In this document: in pieces, positions 27,108 through 36,500 of the stretch
Numbering within the stretch: position 1 is the stretch's first letter
Layout: each line of letters opens with the position of its first letter
Source: Candidatus Aminicenantes bacterium
GTDB lineage: Bacteria; Acidobacteriota; Aminicenantia; Aminicenantales; UBA8522
Reading direction: 5' to 3'
Assembly (NCBI GenBank): GCA_037444845.1
Contig: JBBILQ010000004.1
Span: 12,745-76,744 of the forward strand
Length of the DNA: 64,000 bases
The notes under the pieces: generated by a model
Databases searched by the model: none
Told to the model about the DNA's origin: nothing
What the model saw: the letters and a program-made list of their open reading frames with translations, nothing else
Position numbers and translations under genes: made by a program

Positions 27108-27890
27108 ATGGAAAAAGAAAAGTTGAAAATCGGCATCTACGAGCTCACCGGCTGCGCCGGCGACGCTCTCCTCATTGTCGACTGCGAAGAGGAGCTTGTG
27201 AACATCTTCAAGGCCGCCGACATCGAGTCCTTCCTCATGGCCAAGAGCGATAACCGCAACGGCGAGCTCGACGTGGCTCTGGTGGAGGGCTCGGTCAGCA
27301 CGGAAAACGAAAAGGAAGAGCTCCTGGATATCAGAAAACGGTCCAAGGTTGTCGTGGCCATAGGCAACTGCGCCTGCGTCGGCGGCATCCAGGCAGCCTT
27401 CCTGGACAAGAAAGACTGGGAGAAGAACTTCAAGAAAGTTTACGGTGCCACCGCCTTCACCCACACCAAACCCGCCCAGAGCAAGCCTATCGACGCGTAC
27501 ATCCGCGTCGATCATTATCTTCCTGGCTGTCCCATCGGGAAAGAGCAGTTTCTTTCGACCTTCGCCCGGATGGTGGAAGGGAACCCGCCGGAGCTTTACC
27601 GCTTCCCCGTTTGCGTCGAATGCAAATGGCATGAAAACGACTGTCTTCTCAACAAAGACATCCCCTGTCTGGGTCCTTTGACATTGGGCGGCTGCGGGTC
27701 CGTTTGCCCGAATCATGCCATCCCCTGCTTTGGCTGCTGGGGCCCGACAGAGGAGGCCAATATGACTTCCGAATACCGCCTTCTCTTAGAAAAAGGCTTT
27801 GACCTCGAAATGATCAAAAAGAGAATGGCCACCTACTCCGGAACGAGGATTGCCGAGTTCTTCGCGCAATTCAGAAAGGAGAAAAGATGA
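27108..27890 (+). CDS. hydD: NiFe hydrogenase small subunit, group 3b (HydD-like)
   Basis: Start MEKEKLKIGIYELTGCAGD with RBS AAGGAGG; GNCACVGG and other cluster Cys motifs. Confidence 0.85.
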   Translation: MEKEKLKIGIYELTGCAGDALLIVDCEEELVNIFKAADIESFLMAKSDNRNGELDVALVEGSVSTENEKEELLDIRKRSKVVVAIGNCACVGGIQAAFLDKKDWEKNFKKVYGATAFTHTKPAQSKPIDAYIRVDHYLPGCPIGKEQFLSTFARMVEGNPPELYRFPVCVECKWHENDCLLNKDIPCLGPLTLGGCGSVCPNHAIPCFGCWGPTEEANMTSEYRLLLEKGFDLEMIKKRMATYSGTRIAEFFAQFRKEKR

Positions 27891-29623
27891 AGACGATCAG
27901 CATCGACCACCTCGCCCGCGTTGAAGGCAATGGCGGCATTTCCGCCACCATCGATGGCCGCGTCGTCACCGAAGTCAAGTTCACGGTCAACGAAGGCCCG
28001 AGACTCATCGAGCGCCTGACGGTCGGCAAGACGCCCGAAGAGGACGTCAGCATCGCTCCCCGGATATGCGCCATCTGCACTCTTTCTCATAAAAACGCCG
28101 TCCTCCGTGCCATGGAGAACGCCCTGGGTGTCAAGGTTCCGGCGAAAGTGACTCTCCTCCGGGAGCTCATGCACATGGGTGAGTTCATCGAAAGCCATTC
28201 CCTGCACGTGTTTTATCTTGCTCTCCCCGATTATGTAGGTTTTCCCAACGCCATTGCCATGGCCTCAAAATTTCCGCTTGAGGTCAAGATCGCCTTAGAG
28301 ATGAAGCAGTTCGGCAACCACATCATGAAAGTCCTGAGCGGCCGGTATATCCACGGCGAAAACCCGGTCATCGGCGGGTTCGGGAAGTACCCCGCCAGGG
28401 ATGAGCTCATCTGGATCAAAAACCGGGCGTTCCAGTTCATGCCCTTTGTTATCAGGACGGTGGACCTGTTCTGCGGCCTTGGCTATCCGGCCATTCCCGA
28501 GGAGGATACCGTCTACGCCTGTTGCGAGCCGGAAGACGGAAAATACGGTCTCTGGGGGGACGAGATCATCCTGTCCACGGGAGAAAAAATCAACAGGGAT
28601 GACTACAGGAGTTTGACAAACGAATTTTTCGTCCCGCATTCCTTTTGCAAGCGCAGCCGGTACAAAGGAAACACGTATTCTGTGGGCGCCCTCGCCCGAG
28701 TCAACGTCCTGGGCGAGAGGCTCGAGGGGGAAACAGGCAAGATGTTCAAGAAATATTTCAACGCCCGCTGGAAAAGGAACCCCCTCTTCCACAACGCTGC
28801 CCAGGCTCTGGAAATTCTTTACGCTTTTGAAAAAATCCCGGAGCTGGTGGATGAAATTCTCAAACACCCAGAGAATCCAGCTTTGGTTCCGTACAAATCC
28901 AAGAGCGGCAAAGGGACAGGCCTGGTGGAAGCTCCCCGGGGCCTCCTCGTCCATCATTATGAAATAGCAGACGGCCTTGTCGCCGACGTCGACATCATCA
29001 CTCCGACCGCTCAGAACGCCGAAGAGATCGAACGATATTGCTACATTGCAGCCCAGAAGCTCTTAGATGAGGGGAAAGAGAGCGAGATCAGAGACAGGAT
29101 GGAGCTCGTCGTCCGGGCGTTTGACCCATGCATCAGCTGTTCGGTCCATATGGCCGAGGTCAAAAAGGCCCCGGCCGAGAACTGGAAAATCAAGCTGGCC
29201 GGGCTCCTTAAAGCCAACCCTGTTTTTATCGGCGTCGGGAAAGAAGGCCGGTCGGACGACCGGGCCGGCCTTGAACTGGCCTTAGAGATGAGGAAAGCCG
29301 GCGTCAAAGACGTCTACCTGGAACAGGAACTCGAAGAGGGCCACATCCTGGAAAAGGCCTCCCGGCGGCCTCTCATTTTCCTGGACATCGCGAACATGGG
29401 AGAACAGGCGGGTAAAATTGCCGTGCTGCCTCTCCAGCACGTCTTCTGGAACTCCGTGCTAAGCCACAGACTCTTGCCCGCCCTCTCGAACAAACTGACC
29501 CACGACGAGATCAAACACGCCTACATTCTCGGCATCCAGCCCAAATCTGTGGAAGAAGGAGACGACTTGTCTCGGCCGGTCCGGCGGGCCCTAAAAAAAA
29601 TCCTGAGTGAAACGATAGATTAA
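27887..29623 (+). CDS. hydA: NiFe hydrogenase large subunit (HydA-like) fused in frame to a C-terminal maturation endopeptidase (HycI/HybD-like) domain
   Basis: RICAICT N-terminal motif; DPCISCSVH C-terminal Ni-binding motif at about aa 410. After a 24-aa linker comes VFIGVGKEGRSDDRAGLELALEM (compare the protease motif LGxGNxxxxDDGxG), then LIFLDIANMGEQAGK and THDEIKHAYILGIQPK. Confidence 0.8.
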   Translation: MKTISIDHLARVEGNGGISATIDGRVVTEVKFTVNEGPRLIERLTVGKTPEEDVSIAPRICAICTLSHKNAVLRAMENALGVKVPAKVTLLRELMHMGEFIESHSLHVFYLALPDYVGFPNAIAMASKFPLEVKIALEMKQFGNHIMKVLSGRYIHGENPVIGGFGKYPARDELIWIKNRAFQFMPFVIRTVDLFCGLGYPAIPEEDTVYACCEPEDGKYGLWGDEIILSTGEKINRDDYRSLTNEFFVPHSFCKRSRYKGNTYSVGALARVNVLGERLEGETGKMFKKYFNARWKRNPLFHNAAQALEILYAFEKIPELVDEILKHPENPALVPYKSKSGKGTGLVEAPRGLLVHHYEIADGLVADVDIITPTAQNAEEIERYCYIAAQKLLDEGKESEIRDRMELVVRAFDPCISCSVHMAEVKKAPAENWKIKLAGLLKANPVFIGVGKEGRSDDRAGLELALEMRKAGVKDVYLEQELEEGHILEKASRRPLIFLDIANMGEQAGKIAVLPLQHVFWNSVLSHRLLPALSNKLTHDEIKHAYILGIQPKSVEEGDDLSRPVRRALKKILSETID

Positions 29624-29718
29624 GTAAGAATATGATCGATCCATTTATCTCTTGTGAGCCTTCCCCTAAAGTGATAGAATCGTTCTCCTGAAAAGAAGTC
29701 GAGGAAATATTGGAACAA

Positions 29719-29739
29719 GCCTGGGGAAAAATTCCCCAG
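29719..29739. promoter_or_regulatory. Palindrome CCTGGGGAAAAATTCCCCAGG: candidate activator binding site and/or hydA terminator hairpin
   Basis: Perfect 9-bp inverted repeat with a 3-nt spacer, about 95 nt after the hydA stop and about 120 bp before the sigma-54 promoter. Confidence 0.45.
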
Positions 29740-29848
29740 GCCGCTTGGATATCGCAGGGCCCAAAAGAGAGAAGAGATGGCTGTTAGCTCTATGTTATTT
29801 AATATCAATAACATAAATATTCCACTCGGGCCACCTCCCCCGCACGTT

Positions 29849-29864
29849 TGGCACACAAATTGCT
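29849..29864 (+). promoter_or_regulatory. Sigma-54 promoter TGGCAC-N5-TTGCT upstream of the receiver gene
   Basis: tTGGCACacaaaTTGCTt is a perfect consensus match; the RBS GAGGA and ATG 29891 follow. Confidence 0.75.
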
Positions 29865-29890
29865 TTACTTCCCTCCCTGAGGAATATGCG

Positions 29891-30262
29891 ATGAGCAGCG
29901 GAGAAAAGAGAATCCTGATCGTCGACCCCGATCCTGTTCAGAGGCGGGACTTGGCCCAGTTTCTTAAGAATGAAAACTACGATCCCGAAACAGCCAGAAA
30001 CCTCTCCGAGGCCATCAAGAAAGTATCCGGGAGAGGTTTTAGCTGTCTGGTGATGGATACTCATCTTCCCGAGATGAAAGGCTATGAAGCTGTTTCCATT
30101 CTCAAGAACCTCGACCCGGGGCTCAAGATCATCATGACGACGAAGAAAAACACCAAGCGGCTTGAGGCCAAAGTCCGGGAGCAGGACATCTTCTTCTATT
30201 TTATCAAGTCCTTCGGCAAAGATGAGCTGAAGCTTGCCATAAGAAACGCTTTTAACAAGTAA
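29891..30262 (+). CDS. Single-domain response regulator (CheY-like receiver)
   Basis: Start chosen at MSSGEKRILIVDPD; phospho-acceptor Asp context CLVMDTHLPEMKG; conserved K in IIMTTKK. Confidence 0.7.
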   Translation: MSSGEKRILIVDPDPVQRRDLAQFLKNENYDPETARNLSEAIKKVSGRGFSCLVMDTHLPEMKGYEAVSILKNLDPGLKIIMTTKKNTKRLEAKVREQDIFFYFIKSFGKDELKLAIRNAFNK

Positions 30263-30275
30263 AGGAGGAAAGGCA

Positions 30276-30683
30276 ATGAACAAAAGCGCCCAGAAAATCT
30301 TGGTCATCGACGACGACCCCGATTTCTTGGCTGCGGTGACCCCAATCTTGAAATCAGCCCTTTACGAAGTTGCGACGGCCACAAACCCAAAGGAGGCCAA
30401 GGAAAAGATTTTTTCCGAAAAGCCCAACCTCATCCTGCTCGACATCATGATGGACAGCCTTTTTGACGGCTTTTCCCTCTGTCACGCCATTAAGACTTCG
30501 AAGGAATTTAGAGACTATAAAGATACACCCATCATTTTCATTTCAGCCGTAAAGGAGATCGCCGGCACCAGGTTCCAGTTCAAGGGCGATGAAGAGGGCA
30601 TGGCCGGTCCCGATGACTATATCGACAAGCCGGTCAAGCCCGACGACCTGCTGGCCCGGATCGCCAAACTCCTCAAAAAATAG
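30276..30683 (+). CDS. Single-domain response regulator (receiver) with a divergent C-terminal half
   Basis: KILVIDDDPDFL...LILLDIMMDS...IIFISA; strong RBS AAGGAGG. Confidence 0.75.
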   Translation: MNKSAQKILVIDDDPDFLAAVTPILKSALYEVATATNPKEAKEKIFSEKPNLILLDIMMDSLFDGFSLCHAIKTSKEFRDYKDTPIIFISAVKEIAGTRFQFKGDEEGMAGPDDYIDKPVKPDDLLARIAKLLKK

Positions 30684-30744
30684 AATTCCTCCGCCTCCTC
30701 CATTCCCTTCCCGCTGCCCCAGGAAAAGAAAGTAACTTCTATAA

Positions 30745-30866
30745 TGGGCGCAGGGGGCTGCTCTAAAGCCCCCGTAGCGGAGGGGGGACCCGTCGGCTTC
30801 TCCGACGGGGGGAACCGACGGGACTGGTTCCCCGGGGCGCGGGGGCCAAGAGCAGCCTCCTGCGCC
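30745..30866 (+). ncRNA. Repeat B copy 1: about 122-nt structured element (outer 19-bp stem enclosing three hairpins), candidate small RNA preceded by TATAAT
   Basis: Second copy at 52253..52376 shows compensatory changes in the stems. G-U pairs are possible only on the plus strand. TATAAT lies at 30739..30744, immediately upstream. Confidence 0.5.
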
Positions 30867-30961
30867 CTATCCAATGATATAAGTAGAAATGCTTAGCGGA
30901 GTAAAATCCGGGCTGAAATGAATCGCGATTTGCGCTAAAATAGAGCTCCAGGAGAAAAGCC

Positions 30962-32074
30962 GTGGCCGAAAAAAACCCGATTGTTCTTGTTATTGACGAC
31001 GAAGAAGCCATGCGGGATTCGTGCTCCCTCATCCTGGCCAAAGGCGGGTTCACCGCCGTGACAGCCGAAGACGGCCAGGTTGGGCTGGAAAAAATAAGGG
31101 ATCTCAAACCCGACGTCGCTCTCATCGACCTGAAGATGCCGGGCATCAGCGGGTTCGACGTCCTGGAAAAAACGAAAGAGATTGACCCCCAGCTCATTCC
31201 CATCGTCATCACGGGATATGCGACCGTGGATTCTGCCGTCGAAGCGATGAAAAAAGGCGCTTATGACTTCCTGCCCAAGCCCTTCACTCCCGAGGAGCTC
31301 CGGATTATCATCAGCCGGGCGCTGGAAAGGCGCCGGCTGGCTATGGAGGCCGAGACACTGCGGCGCGAAAAGAAGCTCATGGAGGATAATTTCATCACCA
31401 TGGTCACCCACCAGCTCCGCAGCCCGCTGGTGGCCATCCAGCAGTATTTCGAGGTCATCCTGGCTGGACTGGCCGGCCAGGTCGATAAAACCCAGCAGGA
31501 GATGATCCTGAGAGCCCGGGAGCGGCTGGACAGCCTGCTCCGGCTGATCAACGACTGGCTGGACCTGGCCAGAATCGACCGGGGCCAGATCGTGGGCAAG
31601 CTCAAACCCGTGGCTCTCGACAACCTGCTCAAGAAGCAGGTTGAATTTTTAGAGTCGCTGGCGAAGGAGTATGAGGTGAGCCTGGAACTCGAGCCGGCCA
31701 AAGGGCCAGCCGCTGTGCTGGGCGATGAGCAGATGCTGGACCAGGTCTTCTCCAATATCATCACCAATGCCATCAAGTACAACAAGCCGAAAGGCTCAGT
31801 GACCATCTCGATGGGTCATGAGGACAGCTTCGTCGTCGTCAAGGTAAAGGACACGGGGATCGGGATTGCCAGGGAACACCTTCCGTTCATCTTCGACCAA
31901 TTCTACCGTGTCAGCCGCAGGGAGGACCAGAAAATCAAGGGGACTGGCCTGGGGCTTTCAATCGCCAAAAAAATCGTCGAAGCCCACAACGGCTCGATAG
32001 ACGCGGAGAGCGAGCCGGGTCAAGGCTCCACGTTCAGCGTCAGGCTTCCCCGGCCGGAAGATGAAACAAAATGA
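30962..32074 (+). CDS. Hybrid response regulator-histidine kinase (N-terminal receiver, HisKA, HATPase_c)
   Basis: IVLVIDDEEAMRD...IDLKMPGISG; HQLRSPLVAIQQY; DTGIGIAREHLPFIFDQFYRV...GLGLSIAKKIVEAHNGSI. Confidence 0.85.
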   Translation: MAEKNPIVLVIDDEEAMRDSCSLILAKGGFTAVTAEDGQVGLEKIRDLKPDVALIDLKMPGISGFDVLEKTKEIDPQLIPIVITGYATVDSAVEAMKKGAYDFLPKPFTPEELRIIISRALERRRLAMEAETLRREKKLMEDNFITMVTHQLRSPLVAIQQYFEVILAGLAGQVDKTQQEMILRARERLDSLLRLINDWLDLARIDRGQIVGKLKPVALDNLLKKQVEFLESLAKEYEVSLELEPAKGPAAVLGDEQMLDQVFSNIITNAIKYNKPKGSVTISMGHEDSFVVVKVKDTGIGIAREHLPFIFDQFYRVSRREDQKIKGTGLGLSIAKKIVEAHNGSIDAESEPGQGSTFSVRLPRPEDETK

Positions 32075-32550
32075 AGACTCTTGTTTTAGGCCTGGGAAAC
32101 GAGCTCTACGGAGACGACGGAATCGGCGTCCAGGTCATTCGCCATCTCAGGGAGGAAATGACAAAAATGCCGACCGGGGATTTCCAGGATGTCGACCTGG
32201 AAGAATGCTCCCTGTCCGGCCTCGCCCTTTTAGATGTTATCGTCGGCTACGACCGGCTCATCCTCATCGACACCATCAAGCGGGAGGCCCCCCAAACGGG
32301 AAGAATCCAGGTTTTGGGAGAGGCCGATATCCGGGCCGTTCCCGGCCCCTCTCCCCATTACGCCTCGGTGCCGCAGGCGATCGAAATCGGGCGAAGCCTC
32401 GGCCTCCACATGCCCTCCCGCATCCAGGTCGTGGCCGTCGAGGCAAAGAACCTTCATTCTTTAGGAGAAAAGCTATCGGAGGAAATGGAAAAAAACATGC
32501 CGGCCATTGCCGAGAAGGTCAAAAAAATCTTGAGAAAAACAGAGGATTAG
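32071..32550 (+). CDS. hycI: Hydrogenase maturation endopeptidase (HycI/HoxW/HybD family)
   Basis: LVLGLGNELYGDDGIGV signature; start overlaps the upstream stop (ATGA). Confidence 0.85.
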   Translation: MKTLVLGLGNELYGDDGIGVQVIRHLREEMTKMPTGDFQDVDLEECSLSGLALLDVIVGYDRLILIDTIKREAPQTGRIQVLGEADIRAVPGPSPHYASVPQAIEIGRSLGLHMPSRIQVVAVEAKNLHSLGEKLSEEMEKNMPAIAEKVKKILRKTED

Positions 32551-32553
32551 GAA

Positions 32554-33225
32554 GTGGACAGAAAAGAGGTTCTTGTCCGCGAGGAGATCTTAGCCTCAAA
32601 CAAGAAAATAGCCGCTGAAATCCGCGCCCGGCTGGAAAAAGAAGGCATCCTGACCGTCAATCTCCTCAGCTCGCCGGGAGCAGGCAAGACCTCGCTCTTG
32701 GAGAGAATCGCTGAAGCTTTCAAACTGAATCACCGCATGGCTGTCATCGAGGGCGATATCGAAACTGACCTGGACGCCGAGCGGATCCGGAAGAAGGGTG
32801 TGACGGCCTGGCAGATCACCACCGGCGGCGCCTGCCATCTCGAGGCCAGGATGGTCGCCAGGCTCATTCCCGAAATTCCCTCCGAGACCAAGTTTTTGTT
32901 CATCGAAAACGTCGGCAACCTTGTCTGTCCGGCCAGCTACGACCTGGGAGAAAGCCTGCGCTGCGTCCTCCTCTCACTGCCCGAGGGCGACGACAAACCA
33001 AAGAAATATCCCAAGGCTTTTGCCACGGCCGACTGCCTCATTTTCACCAAGGCCGACCTGATGCCCGTCGTTCCCTTCGACCTGAGGCGGGCGGAAAAGG
33101 AAGCCCTGGAGATCAACCCGAAGCTCCGCGTTTTCCTGACCTCTGCCCTCAGGGGCGCGGGCATTGCCGAGCTTGTCCGCTTCTTTATTGAGCGCCGCGT
33201 CAACATGATCCAGCGTCATGCATGA
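32554..33225 (+). CDS. hypB: Hydrogenase nickel-incorporation GTPase HypB
   Basis: P-loop SSPGAGKTSLL; ENVGNLVCP; SYD...; probable GTG start. Confidence 0.85.
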   Translation: MDRKEVLVREEILASNKKIAAEIRARLEKEGILTVNLLSSPGAGKTSLLERIAEAFKLNHRMAVIEGDIETDLDAERIRKKGVTAWQITTGGACHLEARMVARLIPEIPSETKFLFIENVGNLVCPASYDLGESLRCVLLSLPEGDDKPKKYPKAFATADCLIFTKADLMPVVPFDLRRAEKEALEINPKLRVFLTSALRGAGIAELVRFFIERRVNMIQRHA

Positions 33226-33562
33226 ACTTTCCATCATCGCCAGCCTGTTTGAAATCCTGGAAGAAAAAGCCCAGGAGCAGAAAGCGAACAAAATCGTCCT
33301 CGTCAAGTTAAAGGTCGGAAAACTGGCGGGCGCCGTCCCCGAGTTCCTCGAAACCGCCTTCAATATTTACAAGGACGGAACAATCGCCAGAGAAGCGATC
33401 CTGGAAATCGAGGAAGTCCCCCTCAGGATTCGCTGCCGCACGTGTCAGGCCATTGCCGAAAGGGATGACTTTGTCTTCGTCTGCCCGGCCTGCGGTTCGA
33501 CCGTCCTCGAAACTCTCGAAGGGACCGAGCTTCTCCTCGAAAAAATCGCCCTGGAAATCTAA
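33218..33562 (+). CDS. hypA: Hydrogenase nickel-insertion protein HypA
   Basis: MHELSIIASL N-terminus; zinc-finger CRTCQ...CPACGS. Confidence 0.85.
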   Translation: MHELSIIASLFEILEEKAQEQKANKIVLVKLKVGKLAGAVPEFLETAFNIYKDGTIAREAILEIEEVPLRIRCRTCQAIAERDDFVFVCPACGSTVLETLEGTELLLEKIALEI

Positions 33563-36500
33563 CCCCCCAGGAGGCCTTCGATCTCCGCAAAAATCTGCTC
33601 ATCACGGAAATGATTCTGCTGGGAAGCGGCCGCGGGACAGGCGGCGACACACGTCCCGCAGCCCTTGCAGAGCGCCTCGTTCACCTTGGAGATGCCTTCG
33701 TCCTCAGAGAACTTGATGGCCGTGTAGGGACAGAGGTCGTTGCAGAGGCGGCAGCCGGAGCAGAGCTCCGGGTCGATATAAGCCTGGATGGGCTCGATTT
33801 CAATCTCTCCCTTAGAAATATAGGCCAGAATGCGCGCGGCCGCCGAGCTCGCCTGGGCCACGCTGTCTGGAATGTCCTTCGGCCCTTGACAGCATCCCGC
33901 GATGTATATTCCATCTGTGGCCGTGGCCGTTGGGTCGAGCTTGGGATGCTTCTCCAGGAAGAAACCATCAGGGCTTCGGCTGATGGAAAAGAGCCGCTGG
34001 ATGTCGCCCGCGTCGGGTTGAGGCTCGATGGCGTTGCAGAGCACGACCATGTCAACGGGGATTTCCCGGTACTTTTTGATCAGCGTATCTTCGCAGCGGA
34101 TGAGGAGAGTCCCTTCTTCTTTTTTGGACCAGCCAGATTGAACCACCTCGGCCACTTTGCCCCGAATGACATTCACCCCCTCTTCTAAGATCCGGGAATA
34201 GAACTCTTCATACCCCTTGCCAAAGGCTCTCATATCAATGTAGAACTCGTAGACTTCAGCGTCTGTCCTGTCTTTGATGAGATGGGCAAACTTGAGCGCA
34301 TACATGCAACAGACACGGGAGCAGTAGGGGTGATACTTTTCATCCCGGGATCCGACGCAATGGATGATCCCGATGGCCCTCGGCTCCTGGCCATTTTTCA
34401 AGACAATCCTTCCCTGGGTTGAGCCTGTGGAACTCACGATCCTCTCAAATTCAAGGCTTGTGTAGACGTTATCGAATTGGCCGTAGCCGTAAAGGCTGAG
34501 GGCCTTGGAATTTAACGTTGCGTAGCCTGTGGCCAGGAGGATCTGCCCGACCTTAATCTCCTTGATCTCATCCTTCATGCGATGGTCAATGGCTTTCGGC
34601 TCGCAAACGCGCACGCACTCTTGGCATTCAACACAGATGCCGCAATTCAGGCAGCGTTCCGCTTCTTTCATCGCCTCTTCCTCGGTTAAGCCCAACTCCA
34701 CTTCTTCAAAGGTTTTGAGCCTTTTCTCCAGGCTAATTTCACTCATCTTCGTCCGGGGCACCCTGGGAGTTTCCTTGAAGGCTGGAGCATACCGATGAGG
34801 ACGGAAGCTCTCATCCCTTTTCGCCAGCTTCTTCGCCCGGGGAGTTGTGAAATCCGCGAGAGGCTCGTTGTTGAGGTATTTATCGATGGCTTCAGCGGCG
34901 CGCTTCCCGTCGCTCATGGCAGCGATCACGGTGGCCGGCCCGAGGACAACATCTCCTCCGGCAAAAACTCCTCTGATGTTGGTCTCCAGCGTCTCCGGGT
35001 TGACCTCGAGGGTGCTCCATTTGGTCACGTTGAGGGGAAATTTACCGGTTAAAAAGTCAACAACAGGCTCCTGGCTGACGGCAATGAGCAATGTGTCAAA
35101 GGCGAGATCATGCTGGCTTCCCTCAACTGGCACCGGCCGGCGCCGGCCGCTCGAATCAGGCTCTCCCAGTTCCATGCGGATGCATCGCACGCCGCAAATT
35201 TTTCCTTCTTTTCCTAAAACTTCGACCGGAGCCACGAGATATTGAATGGCGACTCCTTCTTCTTCAGCCGCAAGAATTTCCGCTTCCTCGGCCGGCATCT
35301 CCTTCCTGGTTCGCCGATACAAGACGGTCACCTCCCTGGCTCCGCAGCGGAGAGCGGTCCTGGCGGCGTCTACGGCCGTATTTCCCCCTCCCACAACAGC
35401 CACTCTCTTTCCCACAGGCTGAGGCCTTCCGAGGTTGATATCCCGCAAGAAATCGACGCCGTGCAAGACGCCTTCCAGGTTTTCTCCCGGAATGGCCATT
35501 TTTAGGCTTTTGTGGGCTCCTGTGGCAATATAAATCGCCTTGAATCCCTGGCTAAAAAGATCGTCGATGACGAAGTCTTTTCCCAGAGCCATGTTTGTCT
35601 TTATCGTCACCCCCATCCGTTTGATAAAGTCAATCTCCATATTGAGGATTTCCCGGGGCAAACGGTATTCAGGAATGCCCAAAATCAGCATGCCTCCCGC
35701 CACCTCGTGCTTTTCAAAGATGACGGGTGAATAGCCTCTCAAGGCGAGCTCATGGCCGCAAGCAAGGCCGGACGGCCCTGATCCGATAATGGCAATCTTC
35801 TCTTTCTTTTTCTTCTCCGCCTTGGGAACTTCGACAAGCGCCTTATTTTTGAGCTCCCAGTCCATGACAAACCGCTTGATGTTTTTTATGGCTAAAGGCT
35901 CATCGGCAAACCGGCGGCTGCATTCCGACTCGCAGGGATGGTAGCAGACGCGGCCGCAGACGAAGGGCAAAGGATTGTCCCGGCGAATGAGGCGGGCCGC
36001 TTCGGCAAACCTCCCTTTGGCAACAAGGGCGATGTATCCGGCGGCCTCCTGGCCGATGGGACAGGTCTCGCGGCAGGGGGGGCGTTCTTCCTTATCGATA
36101 AGGTAGGTGTTGGGAACAGCCTGGGGAAAGGTCCTGTAGATGGCGCTCCTTGCAACCTGATTCTCTTCAAATGAGTTGGGAACAAGGATTGGACAGGCTT
36201 TAACACATTCCCCGCAGGCGGTGCATTTTTCGCTGACATAGCGGGCCTTTTTCTTCACCTTGACGGTGAAATCGCCGATGAAGCCCTGGACATCCTCGAT
36301 TTCGCTCAGGCTGAGGAGCTCGATGTCCTCGTGCTGGGCGACGGAGACCATCTTTGGAGTGAGGATGCAGGCGGCGCAATCCAGGGTGGGGAAGGTTTTA
36401 TCGAACTTGGCCATCTTGCCGCCGATCGTCGAATCCCGCTCGACAAGATACACTTTGTTTCCGGAATCGGCGATCTCCAGAGCAGCCTGAATCCCTGCGA

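Noticed and set aside
27030-27716. 228-aa minus-strand ORF
   Set aside because: Shadow of hydD.
28295-28957. 220-aa minus-strand ORF
   Set aside because: Shadow of the hydrogenase large subunit gene.
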